NCBI GenBank assembly: GCA_963665285.1
Contig: OY762266.1
Span: 685,758-749,757, forward strand
Source of the DNA: Candidatus Poribacteria bacterium
GTDB lineage: Bacteria; Poribacteria; WGA-4E; PCPOR2b
Direction: 5' to 3'
Length of the DNA: 64,000 nucleotides
This document shows positions 28,527-38,967 of the stretch, piece after piece; position 1 is the stretch's first letter; every line of letters starts with the position of its first letter. A model generated the notes under the pieces. That model was not told the origin of the DNA and searched no databases. It was given only the letters and a program-made list of their open reading frames with translations. The position numbers were made by a program, and so were the translations under genes.

Positions 28527-29201
28527 ATGGCAAAACGCAATGGATTTTCGGAACTGGCGAAACTACTCGTTCGTTACCCCACCCAAGGACAGAGAGAAAA
28601 ACTGAAACAGCTGCTACTACAGGATTACACACAAGAAAACCTTATTGATTACTTAACAGGTGAAGTTGCTCCAACAGGGCAGGCAGCGGCTTACGCGCTC
28701 GGTATAGTTGGTGACACGGAAGCAATCTCCCCCTTAGCAACAGCGCTTCAGCACAGCGACCCGGATCTGCGCTCCAATGCAGAGCAGGCGTTGTGGGCAA
28801 TCTGGTTTCGCTCCGGCGATAAATCCATTGATGATATGCTTCAAAAAGGTGCCGACCATATTAAGAGAGAACAATATGCAGAAGCTGTTGACCTCTTGAC
28901 AGAAGTCACCCAAACAGCACCTGAATTCGCTGAAGGATACAACCAAAGGGCAATCGCATATTTTATGTTGGAAGAGTGGGAACAATCTATTGATGATTGC
29001 AAAAAGGTGGTTACACTTAATCCCATCCATTTTGGCGCGCTTGCCGGAATGGGACAGTGCTATCTACGGCTCGGGGATCTTCGCGAAGCACTACAGGCAT
29101 TTCAGCAAGCGTTAGAGATTCATCCGGGGCTCTATGGTGTCGCGCATACAGTTCTGCAAATTCAGGATGCGTTACAAGAGCAGGGTAGACAGAGGCGTTA
29201 G
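28527..29201 (+). CDS. HEAT-repeat plus TPR protein
   Basis: AAAYALG..G HEAT motif, ALWAIW.RSG, TPR helices (PEFAEGYNQRA). Confidence 0.82.
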   Translation: MAKRNGFSELAKLLVRYPTQGQREKLKQLLLQDYTQENLIDYLTGEVAPTGQAAAYALGIVGDTEAISPLATALQHSDPDLRSNAEQALWAIWFRSGDKSIDDMLQKGADHIKREQYAEAVDLLTEVTQTAPEFAEGYNQRAIAYFMLEEWEQSIDDCKKVVTLNPIHFGALAGMGQCYLRLGDLREALQAFQQALEIHPGLYGVAHTVLQIQDALQEQGRQRR

Positions 29202-29209
29202 GAAAGGAA

Positions 29210-30004
29210 ATGCGCCATATACGCCGCTTTGAAAATCCAATCCTCACCCGAGTAATACGCCAACAGTGGAAATTCGGGAAGATCTGTTTTGCCGTTGTTG
29301 TACAGAGTATTTTGTTGCTGGTTATCTGCCAACTTCTATTTCGCGCAAAGCTAGGGCGGTATACGGATCTCATCTTTTTGTCAGAAGCCCTACTTGCCTT
29401 GATCGTCCCGCCATATTTGGCATGTAGTGGACTCAGCAAACACTCTACACTTTTGCTATCAGCGGGTCATTTGCAATTAAGTCGAATGCGTCCCCGATGG
29501 GGCTGGATAAGCGTCATAATGGGGAGCCAGATTTATTCCTTTTGCTTCCTTGGTCTCGCAGCCCTCGTCTTTACGATTCTCATACCATCAATTAGTGACA
29601 TCACCCACCTTCAAGTGGTTCAACTACACTTGGTTTTTGGAATTTATATTATTGTAGCCGCTTCGGTTGGTGGATTGTGGTGGTGCGCGTTACGCCACGA
29701 AATCTTTGCAACAGAGGCGACATATTTAGGGTGGATCCTCCTGATTGGCGGGGTGTTTTTGCTGTCGCCGTTGGATCGTTATGTGGAAAATCTCGAACCT
29801 ATCATCCCACCATTTCTGCACCTCAACCCACTGATGGCTGTGTGTCACTTACTTGAGATCGATGTGTTTAGAACACCACACTTATACGAATTAACACCGA
29901 TCCCATCATACAGGGTTTTCTATCCGTCATGGCACATTGTTTGCGTGTGGCAGATACTGATTGGAATCTGTTGTGTTGCGATGGCACGGTGGAATCGGGT
30001 CTGA
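29210..30004 (+). CDS. Hypothetical integral membrane protein (ABC-2 permease-like)
   Basis: ENPIL N-terminus, about 6 TM segments, LNPL motif. Confidence 0.65.
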   Translation: MRHIRRFENPILTRVIRQQWKFGKICFAVVVQSILLLVICQLLFRAKLGRYTDLIFLSEALLALIVPPYLACSGLSKHSTLLLSAGHLQLSRMRPRWGWISVIMGSQIYSFCFLGLAALVFTILIPSISDITHLQVVQLHLVFGIYIIVAASVGGLWWCALRHEIFATEATYLGWILLIGGVFLLSPLDRYVENLEPIIPPFLHLNPLMAVCHLLEIDVFRTPHLYELTPIPSYRVFYPSWHIVCVWQILIGICCVAMARWNRV

Positions 30005-30031
30005 ATTGTTTGAGTTACAGGAGTTTGCAGA

Positions 30032-31423
30032 TTGAACGAAGCGAAATCTCACGGAGATCTTATCATTAGCGTTTCCGGAGTTAGAGGAACAGTTGGCAGC
30101 GCGTTGGATCCGAGCCTGTTGACCCGATTTGCTGCTGCATTCGGGACGTTGGTTGAGGGACAGACCGTTGTGGTTGGTAGAGATACACGGACATCGGGTC
30201 CGATGGCGCATCATGCTGTCCTCGCTGGACTGATTGCGACCGGCTGCAAAGTGATTGACGTGGGGATATGTCCGACACCAACAGTTTTATTTATGTCAAA
30301 GGCGTTGAATGCCGGTGGCAGCCTCGTGATTACGGCAAGCCATAACCCAATTGATTGGAATGGCATCGAATTTGCGTCGAAATCCGGCAGGCTTTTGAGC
30401 GAGGCAGAACGCGCACGCCTGATGGCGATTTATGAGTCCGGAGACTTTAAGCTAGCCCCTTGGGACAAACAGGGGGAGGTCGCGTTAATGGACACCGCTG
30501 TGGATCAGCATATCGCCGGTGTGCTCAGTTGTGATTGGATTGCACGAGATCAAACGCAATCTCATGGGCTAAAGGTTGTCATCGACTGCGGTAACGGCGC
30601 AGGAAGTGTGATTAGTCCTTCCCTGCTGAAGGCGTTGGGTTGTGAGGTCGTTGAACTGAATTGTGTTCCTGATGGCTATTTTCCGCGTCCGGCAGAACCA
30701 ACACCAGATGCGTTAGATCAGCTCTGCGAAGCTGTAAAATTGGAAGGCGCAGATCTCGGTCTCGCACACGACGGTGATGCAGACCGACTGGTGCTCGTCT
30801 CGGAGGAGGGCACCCCGTTGAGCAGCGAATACACGTTCGCTCTTGCAGCGGAATTTCTGCTGAATAAGCGAAAAGGGGATATCGTGGCTACCGTATCGAC
30901 CAGCCGTATGTTGGATGACGTAGCAGATCGGCACGGCGTGAAACTGCACCGGACGCCGGTGGGTGTTGGATTCGTCGTCGAGAAGATGCGAGAAACAGGC
31001 GCAGTCATCGGTGGCGAAGGAACAGGCGGTGTGATTTATCCGGAACTTCAATATACGACCGATGGGATTGCCTCAATAGCTGCAATTATTCAATTCCTCG
31101 CAGAGTCAAGTTCTTTAACGGTTTCGGAGGTTATCACTTCCATCCCAAGTTACGCGATATGCAAGGAGAAATTGGAAGTGCCCTCCCAACAGATCGCTGA
31201 TGTGGTGCTTCAACTTGCGATTGAAAGTTATAAGGATGAGACACTCGATCTGGCTGACGGGGTGAAACGGGTTTGGGAAGACCGCTGGGTTAATATTCGG
31301 AAGTCCGGCACAGAGCCGGTCATCCGCGTTTTTAGCGAAGCACAGACGCTCGAAGAGGCACAGTACCTTTGCAACTCGACGCTTGATACACTGAGATCTT
31401 TGATGCAACGAGCCTCTAGCTAA
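30032..31423 (+). CDS. glmM: Phosphoglucosamine mutase / phosphohexomutase
   Basis: SGVRG, TASHNP, DGDADR, RKSGTEP; context with glmS supports GlmM. Confidence 0.75.
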   Translation: MNEAKSHGDLIISVSGVRGTVGSALDPSLLTRFAAAFGTLVEGQTVVVGRDTRTSGPMAHHAVLAGLIATGCKVIDVGICPTPTVLFMSKALNAGGSLVITASHNPIDWNGIEFASKSGRLLSEAERARLMAIYESGDFKLAPWDKQGEVALMDTAVDQHIAGVLSCDWIARDQTQSHGLKVVIDCGNGAGSVISPSLLKALGCEVVELNCVPDGYFPRPAEPTPDALDQLCEAVKLEGADLGLAHDGDADRLVLVSEEGTPLSSEYTFALAAEFLLNKRKGDIVATVSTSRMLDDVADRHGVKLHRTPVGVGFVVEKMRETGAVIGGEGTGGVIYPELQYTTDGIASIAAIIQFLAESSSLTVSEVITSIPSYAICKEKLEVPSQQIADVVLQLAIESYKDETLDLADGVKRVWEDRWVNIRKSGTEPVIRVFSEAQTLEEAQYLCNSTLDTLRSLMQRASS

Positions 31424-31543
31424 CCGCTAAACTCTTTTTTTTCGTCGTGAGGAGGCTCACGTACCACCATTTTTCTTGAAACGCAAACGTCCTCCCAGCG
31501 TCAATTTTAATATATTGTTGTGCTGTATTGATGGAGGTTTATC

Positions 31544-32800
31544 ATGGTAGATGCATTGAAGTTAGTCTGCATAGGTGGCGGCACAGGCTTATCATCCCTA
31601 CTAAGCGGCATTAAACAACACACAAGTAACAGACGTTCAGGCTCAGAAACTATTGATATAGATAATCTAGCGGCGATAGTTTCTGTCTCGGACGACGGTG
31701 GCAGTTCTGGACGATTGGTTGAAGAGTTCGATGTGATTCCACCGGGGGATATTCGTCAAGTACTAGTCGCTCTCTCCAACGACGATGGATTACTAGCCAC
31801 ACTTTTTAAGCATCGTTTTTCAAGTGATGGTGATCTTGGCGGACATACGGTTGGAAATCTCCTTCTGATTGCGCTTACCGAATTAAACAGTGGCAGCTTC
31901 CCAAAAGCTATCCAAGAGGCGTCCAAATTGCTCTCCACGCGGGGGAGGATTATACCGGTCAGCCTAGATGGCACCATACTGTGCGCTGAACTAGTCGGTG
32001 GTGATATTGTGTGCGGTGAGTCCAACATCCCAGAGCGATCCAATCGAGAACCAATTCGACGCGTCTTTCTGAAACCGCGTGAGAATGGCAAACACCACCA
32101 CGATGAACCTTATGAATGCGCTGCCCATGCGGAGGCTGTGAAGGCTATCGCCAATGCAGACGCCATCATTATCGGTCCCGGAAGTTTATACACTAGCATT
32201 ATGCCCAATCTTGTGATTAAGGAGATCGCCAAAACAATCCAATCGTCAGATGCGATGAAAATCTATATCTGTAATGTGATGACGCAGCCCGGCGAAACGG
32301 ATGGATATTCTGTTAGCAACCACGTCGAAGCGATTTTGTCTCACGCTCCCGGGATATCGCTAGATTATGTCCTCGTTAATAACCAGCCGGCACCGGAAAA
32401 AATCATCGAAAGATATAGACAGAAGGAACTGTCAGGTAAGTTTGCACAGATTAAGACGCACACGGAGGAAGTACTTTCCATGCTTGAAACAACACAGGTC
32501 GAAGATTTCGCTGAAGGAAAGGCCATGGACTCCGTGCTATACCTAACAGAGTATATATCTCAACTTACCAATGAGACGAAACAGATGGCAGGACCGTCCA
32601 ATGTGCAAATATTCTATAACGCGGAACAGGATAATCTGGGTGATATGCAGATTGTAGAGGCGGAACTGATTCGGGATACCACCGAGGTTATTGATAGTGG
32701 TGGTCCGCAAACCGTGATTCGTCACCATCCCGAACAACTTGCACAGACGTTAGTCAAGGTATTGAGCGATCATCCAAAGTTTCATGAATCCGTTTCGTGA
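31544..32800 (+). CDS. yvcK: YvcK/GlmR family UDP-GlcNAc-binding protein with C-terminal insertion
   Basis: IGGGTGLS, DDGGSSGRL, PPGDIR, GPGSLYTSIMPNL, NVMTQPGET, IRHHP. Confidence 0.88.
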   Translation: MVDALKLVCIGGGTGLSSLLSGIKQHTSNRRSGSETIDIDNLAAIVSVSDDGGSSGRLVEEFDVIPPGDIRQVLVALSNDDGLLATLFKHRFSSDGDLGGHTVGNLLLIALTELNSGSFPKAIQEASKLLSTRGRIIPVSLDGTILCAELVGGDIVCGESNIPERSNREPIRRVFLKPRENGKHHHDEPYECAAHAEAVKAIANADAIIIGPGSLYTSIMPNLVIKEIAKTIQSSDAMKIYICNVMTQPGETDGYSVSNHVEAILSHAPGISLDYVLVNNQPAPEKIIERYRQKELSGKFAQIKTHTEEVLSMLETTQVEDFAEGKAMDSVLYLTEYISQLTNETKQMAGPSNVQIFYNAEQDNLGDMQIVEAELIRDTTEVIDSGGPQTVIRHHPEQLAQTLVKVLSDHPKFHESVS

Positions 32801-32874
32801 CGAAAGCATACCCCATTTTCATCCCTCCCCAACTGAACATACCCTTGATAAAGGAATAGAGAAAGGAAAGACTT

Positions 32875-34698
32875 ATGTGTGGAATCGTCGGATATATAGG
32901 AGATAAATACGCTGACTCTGTCTTGTGGACAGGATTGGAACGACTTCAGTACCGAGGATATGATTCAGCGGGGATGGCTGTCATCAGTGATGGGGAGCTA
33001 GATCTACGGAAGCGAGCAGGCAAATTACGTGAATTGGACGACTGCCTCCGTCAGGATCCGATGCGGGGTGCAATCGGTATCGGTCATACGCGATGGGCAA
33101 CACACGGAGAACCGAATGAACGCAATGCGCATCCACACACCGACGAAGGTAAGACCTTGGCAGTCGTACATAACGGAATCATTGAAAACTATCTCCCGCT
33201 CAAACTGGAGCTACAAGGACGAGGGCACCTCTTTGGATCGGATACCGACACGGAAGTGCTAGCGCACCTCGTTGAGGAAGCGATGGAGCAGGATTTTGTC
33301 GATGCTGTTTGCAGTGCACTCCAGCGGGTAGAGGGCACATTTTCAGCTGCTTTTATTCATCAACAGTTTCCGGATTGCATTGTAGTTGCGCGACGCGGCA
33401 GCCCACTCATCTTGGGGCTTGGGGAGGGAGAGAACTTCGTTGCTTCAGATGTGCCCGCATTGCTGCCGCACACCCAACAGATCGCCTATCTGGAAGATAA
33501 TCAGATTGCGGTGCTTACACGGGAACAGGTGGAGATTCAAACCATGGAGGGTGAGCAAGTTGAACCCCGCATCCATCAGATCGGATTGAGGCCTGACATT
33601 GCCGACAAAGGGGGCCACCCTCACTTCATGCTCAAGGAGATTCACGAACAGCCCAACGTCTTACGGCGGTTGCACAATATCTATGTCACCGATGAGATGG
33701 AGGTTGATTTCGGGGAATTGGGATTGAGTGATGAATTTCTTGCCCGTGTGAACAGGATCGTCATTCAAGCGTGTGGTACATCGTGGCACGCTGGACTGAT
33801 TGGCAAGTATCTGCTAGAGCAGTATGCGTACATCCACACCGAAGTGGACATCTCTTCAGAGTTTCGTTATCGCAACCCAGTTTTGGAGGGAGATACGCTA
33901 GTCATCGCTATCTCTCAATCAGGTGAAACCGCCGATACGCTTGAGGGACTCCGCAAGGCAAAGAGCAAGTTCATGCGGGTATTAGCCTTATGCAACGAGA
34001 TCAACAGTACCATCGCGCGGGAGGCAGATGCGGTCATCGAACTTCATGCAGGACTGGAGATTGGCGTGGCTTCCACCAAAGCGTATACAGCGCAGATTGC
34101 GGTGCTTGGGTTACTCGCAATGCACCTAGGCAAGCTAAAGGGGATATTACCCACTAGAGATATTCAAGATTTTCTCCAAGCTCTTAAAAAAACACCGTCC
34201 CTTATGGAGCGAGCCATTCAGCGGCAGCAGATTTGCGTCTGTGCAGAGAAATATAGCGATGTTGGCGCATACATGTTTATCGGACGAAGCTACAATTATC
34301 CCAACGCCTTGGAAGGTGCGCTCAAACTCAAGGAAATCTCATATATCCATGCAGCAGGGCATCCAGCAGGCGAATTAAAACATGGTCCTATCGCTCTGAT
34401 TAACGAAGATGTACCGGTCGTGTGTATTGCTACCAATAGCAGCATTTACCCCAAAATTGTGAGCACAATCCAAGAGATCCGCGCTCGTGACGGGGTTGTT
34501 ATTGCCATTGCGACCGAGGGGAATACAGAAATCCAGGAGTATGCACAAGAGGTACTGTACATCCCAGATATTGCAGAAGAACTTTCCCCGTTACTTGTTG
34601 CGATCCCGCTCCAACTACTCGCTTACTATACTGCTGTGCACCGGGGATGCGATGTTGACCAACCCCGAAATCTCGCAAAAAGCGTTACCGTCGAGTAG
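32875..34698 (+). CDS. glmS: Glutamine--fructose-6-phosphate aminotransferase
   Basis: MCGIVG, GHTRWATHG, SQSGETADT, ELKHGP, PRNLAKSVTVE. Confidence 0.97.
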   Translation: MCGIVGYIGDKYADSVLWTGLERLQYRGYDSAGMAVISDGELDLRKRAGKLRELDDCLRQDPMRGAIGIGHTRWATHGEPNERNAHPHTDEGKTLAVVHNGIIENYLPLKLELQGRGHLFGSDTDTEVLAHLVEEAMEQDFVDAVCSALQRVEGTFSAAFIHQQFPDCIVVARRGSPLILGLGEGENFVASDVPALLPHTQQIAYLEDNQIAVLTREQVEIQTMEGEQVEPRIHQIGLRPDIADKGGHPHFMLKEIHEQPNVLRRLHNIYVTDEMEVDFGELGLSDEFLARVNRIVIQACGTSWHAGLIGKYLLEQYAYIHTEVDISSEFRYRNPVLEGDTLVIAISQSGETADTLEGLRKAKSKFMRVLALCNEINSTIAREADAVIELHAGLEIGVASTKAYTAQIAVLGLLAMHLGKLKGILPTRDIQDFLQALKKTPSLMERAIQRQQICVCAEKYSDVGAYMFIGRSYNYPNALEGALKLKEISYIHAAGHPAGELKHGPIALINEDVPVVCIATNSSIYPKIVSTIQEIRARDGVVIAIATEGNTEIQEYAQEVLYIPDIAEELSPLLVAIPLQLLAYYTAVHRGCDVDQPRNLAKSVTVE

Positions 34699-34729
34699 AG
34701 AGTCCACAGATGTAGGAATTGGGGACATT

Positions 34730-35116
34730 TTAGCGGAGGGAATTCCACGGTGCTTCGTCGTGGACTTCGACCAACTGATAACCCTCGTCACTAATGCATG
34801 GACCCAAGATAGCGAGCAGCTTCGCAGAAGCCGAGGAGGTGTTGAACGAAGCGTGCACCACGTCCGCGGGAATGAATATCGAGTCGCCTGAACTCAACGT
34901 CCTTTTTTACTGCTCTACGGTTCCGTCAATGACGTAAATCACCTCTTCCTGTTCCGGATGCTTGTGGAAGTTGTGTCCACCGCCGGGCGATAGGCTCACT
35001 TCGATGACCACCAAGTCCTTTGCACCTGTTGTTTCGGGACGACTCAACCATGCCAAGGCACCCCAATCCAGTTGTTCGCGCTCGGCTTCCGCCGCAGGGA
35101 TAAATTTTCCACTCAT
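34730..35116 (-). pseudogene. Cupin domain protein interrupted by in-frame TAA (34907-34909)
   Basis: Motif 1 HNFHKHPEQEEVIYV, then *KRTLSSGDSIFIPADVVHASFN (motif 2) in the same frame to TAA 34730. Confidence 0.8.
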
Positions 35117-35232
35117 GATTAGTTCTCCTTCAAAATTAGGTTTACGTATTACGGATTACGTATTATCCTAATTATAGCGTTCTTACCGTATCTATGTCTA
35201 CAGTTTAATTTTGAAAAGAAAGGAAGTTTGAC

Positions 35233-36033
35233 ATGACCGATAATGAGAAGTTTCTATTTGACCTCTGGGGTTACGTCGTAATTGAGGATGTCCTTACACC
35301 GGATCAAGTCGCGCTAGCGAATGAAGCGGTTGAGCGTCACACACATCTCATCGCCAACCGTGATCCGGGTTTATCCCACGGATCTAAAGAGTTGGAAGGG
35401 GCTACCGGTCGCGGGGAGTTCCATCAAAATCCGTTGACCTTTGATCGACCGTGGTGTGAACCGTTTCGACGGATGCTAACCCATCCACGGATTATTGATA
35501 TCTTTAACGAGATATTAGGTCCCGGCTTTCGGCTTGACCACGGTCCGGGGCTTATTCAGATGATCAAGGGCACCGAGGGGCACTGGCTGCACGGCGGGAT
35601 GACCTTCGACCCAAGCCAATATCACCGATTTGAGCATGGACGAATGCAGTGTGGGCTCTGTGTCGCTTCATGGCAGCTGACGGAGGTCAATGAGGGAGAC
35701 GGTGGCTTTGCATGTGTTCCGGGCAGCCACAAATCAAATTATCGTCCACCGCAACCTGTACTGTCCACAGAGGATGGAATGGGGTGTATTCGACAGATTG
35801 TTGCGGGACCGGGTTCGGTTGTCATCTTCAATGAAGCGTTGGTGCATGGCACGCTTCCTTGGCAGCCCACCGACCGTGAACGTCGCTCAATCCTGTTCAA
35901 GTGCTCGCCCGGATTCTTGTCGTGGGGTTCACCGCACGCAGAATGCCCGATTCCCGATCCAACGCCGGAGGAATTGGCGATCTACGAACCACCACACCGG
36001 ACAGGACGCACCACGTTGGGGGAAGAAAATTAA
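35233..36033 (+). CDS. Phytanoyl-CoA dioxygenase (PhyH) family protein
   Basis: FDLWGYVVIEDVL, LHGG, GGFACVPGSHK, EALVHG. Confidence 0.88.
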   Translation: MTDNEKFLFDLWGYVVIEDVLTPDQVALANEAVERHTHLIANRDPGLSHGSKELEGATGRGEFHQNPLTFDRPWCEPFRRMLTHPRIIDIFNEILGPGFRLDHGPGLIQMIKGTEGHWLHGGMTFDPSQYHRFEHGRMQCGLCVASWQLTEVNEGDGGFACVPGSHKSNYRPPQPVLSTEDGMGCIRQIVAGPGSVVIFNEALVHGTLPWQPTDRERRSILFKCSPGFLSWGSPHAECPIPDPTPEELAIYEPPHRTGRTTLGEEN

Positions 36034-36144
36034 GGCGTGTGTGGAAGGGAAGTCCAATTGTCGACTTGTCGCGATTCGGAGATCGCTCCTACGGTGTGTG
36101 TTTCTGTAGGAAGGAAGTCCAGTTCTCGATGCTTAGGAGTCACT

Positions 36145-37857
36145 ATGAAAAAAATAAAATTTTCAGTAATGGTAGTCAGCTTATCGCTACTGTTTTTGGC
36201 AAATAGTAACGCACAAAACGCAGATATTAATGCCGATGGCGTTGTGAATATCCTCGATTTAGCACTTGTCGGTTCACACTATGGCGACCGCGTTGACACA
36301 GCGCAGATGTCGCATATAGATGTCAACAGCGACGGCATTGTGGATGTGCGAGATTTAGTAATCGTTGCCAACGTTATGAGTCGAGGTGATGTAGCTCCTA
36401 CAGGCGGTACCCTGATTTTTGGGCGTGGAGGCGATTCGCTTACCCTTGATCCGGTGCTGGTGCTTGATGGTGAATCGGCGAAAGTTTGCGACATGCTCTA
36501 CGATACGCTTATCCAATATCGAGAGGACACAACAGACATTGAACCCGCCTTGGCGGAAGCGTGGGAAAGCTCTGCTGATGGCTTGGTGTGGACATTTCAC
36601 TTACGACAAGGGGTTCAATTCCACGATGGCACCCCGTTAAACGCGGATGCTGTCGTCTTTTCGCTCACCCGCCCACAGGCAGTGTTTCGTGATTTTCAGG
36701 CAGAATTTATCAGCCAAATTACCGCGCTAGATCCGTTTACAGTTCAAATCGTACTCAAAACGCCCTTCGCGCCCTTTATCAGCATGGTTGCGGGAACATC
36801 GTTTTCTATCGTGAGTCCGACGGCTGTTCAACACTTTGAGGGTAATTTTGCCGATAACCCTGTCGGGACCGGTCCCTTCAAGTTTGTGCAGTGGGATCGG
36901 AACGACAAAATTGTGCTTGAAGCAAATGATACGCACTGGGCGGGAAGACCTTCACTTGGCAGAATCATCTTCCGCTCTATCCCTGACAACTCGGTGCGGC
37001 TTATGGAACTGCAGCAGGGCAGGCTCCATGTGATGGAATTTCCGAATCCGGACGAAATCCCCTCTATCCGGGGCGATGCACAGCTTGAACTGCTTACGCA
37101 ATCAGCCCTGAATGTAGGGTATCTGGCGATGAATATGGACAAACCGCCCTTTGATAACCTTAAGGTGCGGCTTGCGATTAACCATGCAATTAACAAAGCC
37201 GCGATTATTGAACACCTCTATCAAGGTACAGGCATCCCCGCGAAGGGTCCAATCCCGCCGGCACTCTGGAGTTATGACGATACAATTGAGGATTACGAAT
37301 ACAATCCAGAACTGGCGAAACAGCTTCTCGCTGAAGCGGGCTATCCCGATGGATTTGAGACAACGCTCTGGGCATTGCCGGTGCCGCGTCCCTACATTCC
37401 GGACGGATACGCTCTCGCAGAAGTCCTACAATCCGATCTCCAAAATATCGGCGTTGAGACAACAATCGTAACCTATGACTGGGGCACCTATCTTGCCAAA
37501 ACGGAAGTTGGAGAGCACGACATGGCGATGCTGGGGTGGATTGCTGACGAGGGGGACCCAGATAATTTCTTCTACTATCTTTTGAGCAAGACCTATGCGG
37601 AGAAGCCTGCATTTAATATCGCCTTTTATCGAAGCGATGAGATGCAGGATGTCCTCGAACGTGCTAGAACAAGCACCGATCGAAGCGAACGGATCGAACT
37701 GTATCAGCAGGCACAAGCAATCTTCCACAGAGACGCACCGTGGGTGCCGTTGGCACACGCGCAACGGCTTTTGGTTGTGGACAGGAGAGTGAAGAATCTC
37801 AGACTCGCGCCGATAGGCTGGAAATACATTCGTAGTGCATCATTGGCACCGGAGTAA
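36145..37857 (+). CDS. Peptide ABC transporter substrate-binding protein (family 5) with N-terminal dockerin-like domain
   Basis: Signal peptide from ATG 36145; DINADGVVNILDL and DVNSDGIVDVRDL; PALAEAW, FHDGTP, GTGPF. Confidence 0.88.
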   Translation: MKKIKFSVMVVSLSLLFLANSNAQNADINADGVVNILDLALVGSHYGDRVDTAQMSHIDVNSDGIVDVRDLVIVANVMSRGDVAPTGGTLIFGRGGDSLTLDPVLVLDGESAKVCDMLYDTLIQYREDTTDIEPALAEAWESSADGLVWTFHLRQGVQFHDGTPLNADAVVFSLTRPQAVFRDFQAEFISQITALDPFTVQIVLKTPFAPFISMVAGTSFSIVSPTAVQHFEGNFADNPVGTGPFKFVQWDRNDKIVLEANDTHWAGRPSLGRIIFRSIPDNSVRLMELQQGRLHVMEFPNPDEIPSIRGDAQLELLTQSALNVGYLAMNMDKPPFDNLKVRLAINHAINKAAIIEHLYQGTGIPAKGPIPPALWSYDDTIEDYEYNPELAKQLLAEAGYPDGFETTLWALPVPRPYIPDGYALAEVLQSDLQNIGVETTIVTYDWGTYLAKTEVGEHDMAMLGWIADEGDPDNFFYYLLSKTYAEKPAFNIAFYRSDEMQDVLERARTSTDRSERIELYQQAQAIFHRDAPWVPLAHAQRLLVVDRRVKNLRLAPIGWKYIRSASLAPE

Positions 37858-37900
37858 ATACTGGATTTCTTTATAGCACATACTAATAAGGAGGATAAGA

Positions 37901-38485
37901 ATGTTTAGACAAATCGTTGTTAGCCTGTTTTTGGGGTTCGTCGGACTTTGGGGAATTATGGGCATCATTGGCTGTGCTGATTTTGACATATTGATTATTG
38001 ACCTTACAGACCCTGACCCGACTGAACTTGAAGATAATGAGTGGATTGGCACATGGGCACTTGAAAGTTATCAGGGACTCAGTGTGCTAGAAACCCTTGC
38101 CGAATATGACGATTATGACGATGAGGACTGGACTTTTCTCGATGCTGATGGCTCGATCGTAGATGGAGATCTTCTAGAAATGGTTATCGCAGCGTTTTGG
38201 TCCGGTGACGGCGTTACTGGTTATGATGGGTCCATTTCCTATTCGTTCCATAACGGTGGAACAATGGCGATAGAGATTGTTATTCAGCTACAGCTGCAGG
38301 TGGAAGATGTTCAGGGGGTGCTCATTGGCAGGGATGAAATATCGGGTAGTTATGCTTTGATTGGTTCCGATTATACAACGGAAATAGCTAATGAGGTAGA
38401 GGCTGGCACGTGGCAGCGGACAGGGAATGCGCTTATACTAAACCCTGAAGGAGGAGATGGTTTGACAGTTTTGAGCAAATTGTAA
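37901..38485 (+). CDS. Acidic hypothetical lipoprotein (lipocalin-like)
   Basis: Lipobox IIGC, IGTWAL motif, AGGAGG RBS. Confidence 0.65.
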   Translation: MFRQIVVSLFLGFVGLWGIMGIIGCADFDILIIDLTDPDPTELEDNEWIGTWALESYQGLSVLETLAEYDDYDDEDWTFLDADGSIVDGDLLEMVIAAFWSGDGVTGYDGSISYSFHNGGTMAIEIVIQLQLQVEDVQGVLIGRDEISGSYALIGSDYTTEIANEVEAGTWQRTGNALILNPEGGDGLTVLSKL

Positions 38486-38517
38486 GTAGGCCGAGTAATG
38501 GAAAACTCCAACAATCG

Positions 38518-38965
38518 TCTGAATCAGGATTTTCAAGATTAGAGGATTGGCAGGAAAGTCGAAACGGAGATTGATTCACTTTTCTTCCTCCGATAGCTTG
38601 TAGGTCGGGCATCCCTGATCACAAAATCCTCTCGGACTTGCCCAACCCACTCCTCCCATCCAATCCCCGTAGGTCGAGATTCATATCTCGACACTTTTGA
38701 AGGCACGGTTTTCCTCACTTGACGTTTTGTTGTTTAATCAGGTATTGCAGCTACCGTCAACTAGTTGTATAATTAGGATTTGCGTAGTTGAACGTTGGAA
38801 GCCTCGTCGTTCGGTGATTTATCACCAAACAACATGACTCACGCCATCCGATGAATCGGGCAACTACAGTAAATCCCAAGCCTCTGCTGAAGTGCGTAAG
38901 CCCTAGAGAAGACTGAGAGGGCAAGCGTGAACTTTGAGAAAATACCAAAAAATTGCTCAACAACC
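38518..38965. repeat. Intergenic REP/MITE mosaic
   Basis: GTAGGTCGGGCATC, GTAGGTCGAGATTCATATCTCGAC, and TAGGATTTGCGTA...TGCGTAAGCCCTA shell. Confidence 0.65.
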
Positions 38966-38967
38966 TA

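Noticed and set aside
31424-32874. glmS ribozyme upstream of yvcK or glmS
   Set aside because: Intergenic gaps are short (120 and 74 nt) and no conserved ribozyme core was recognised.
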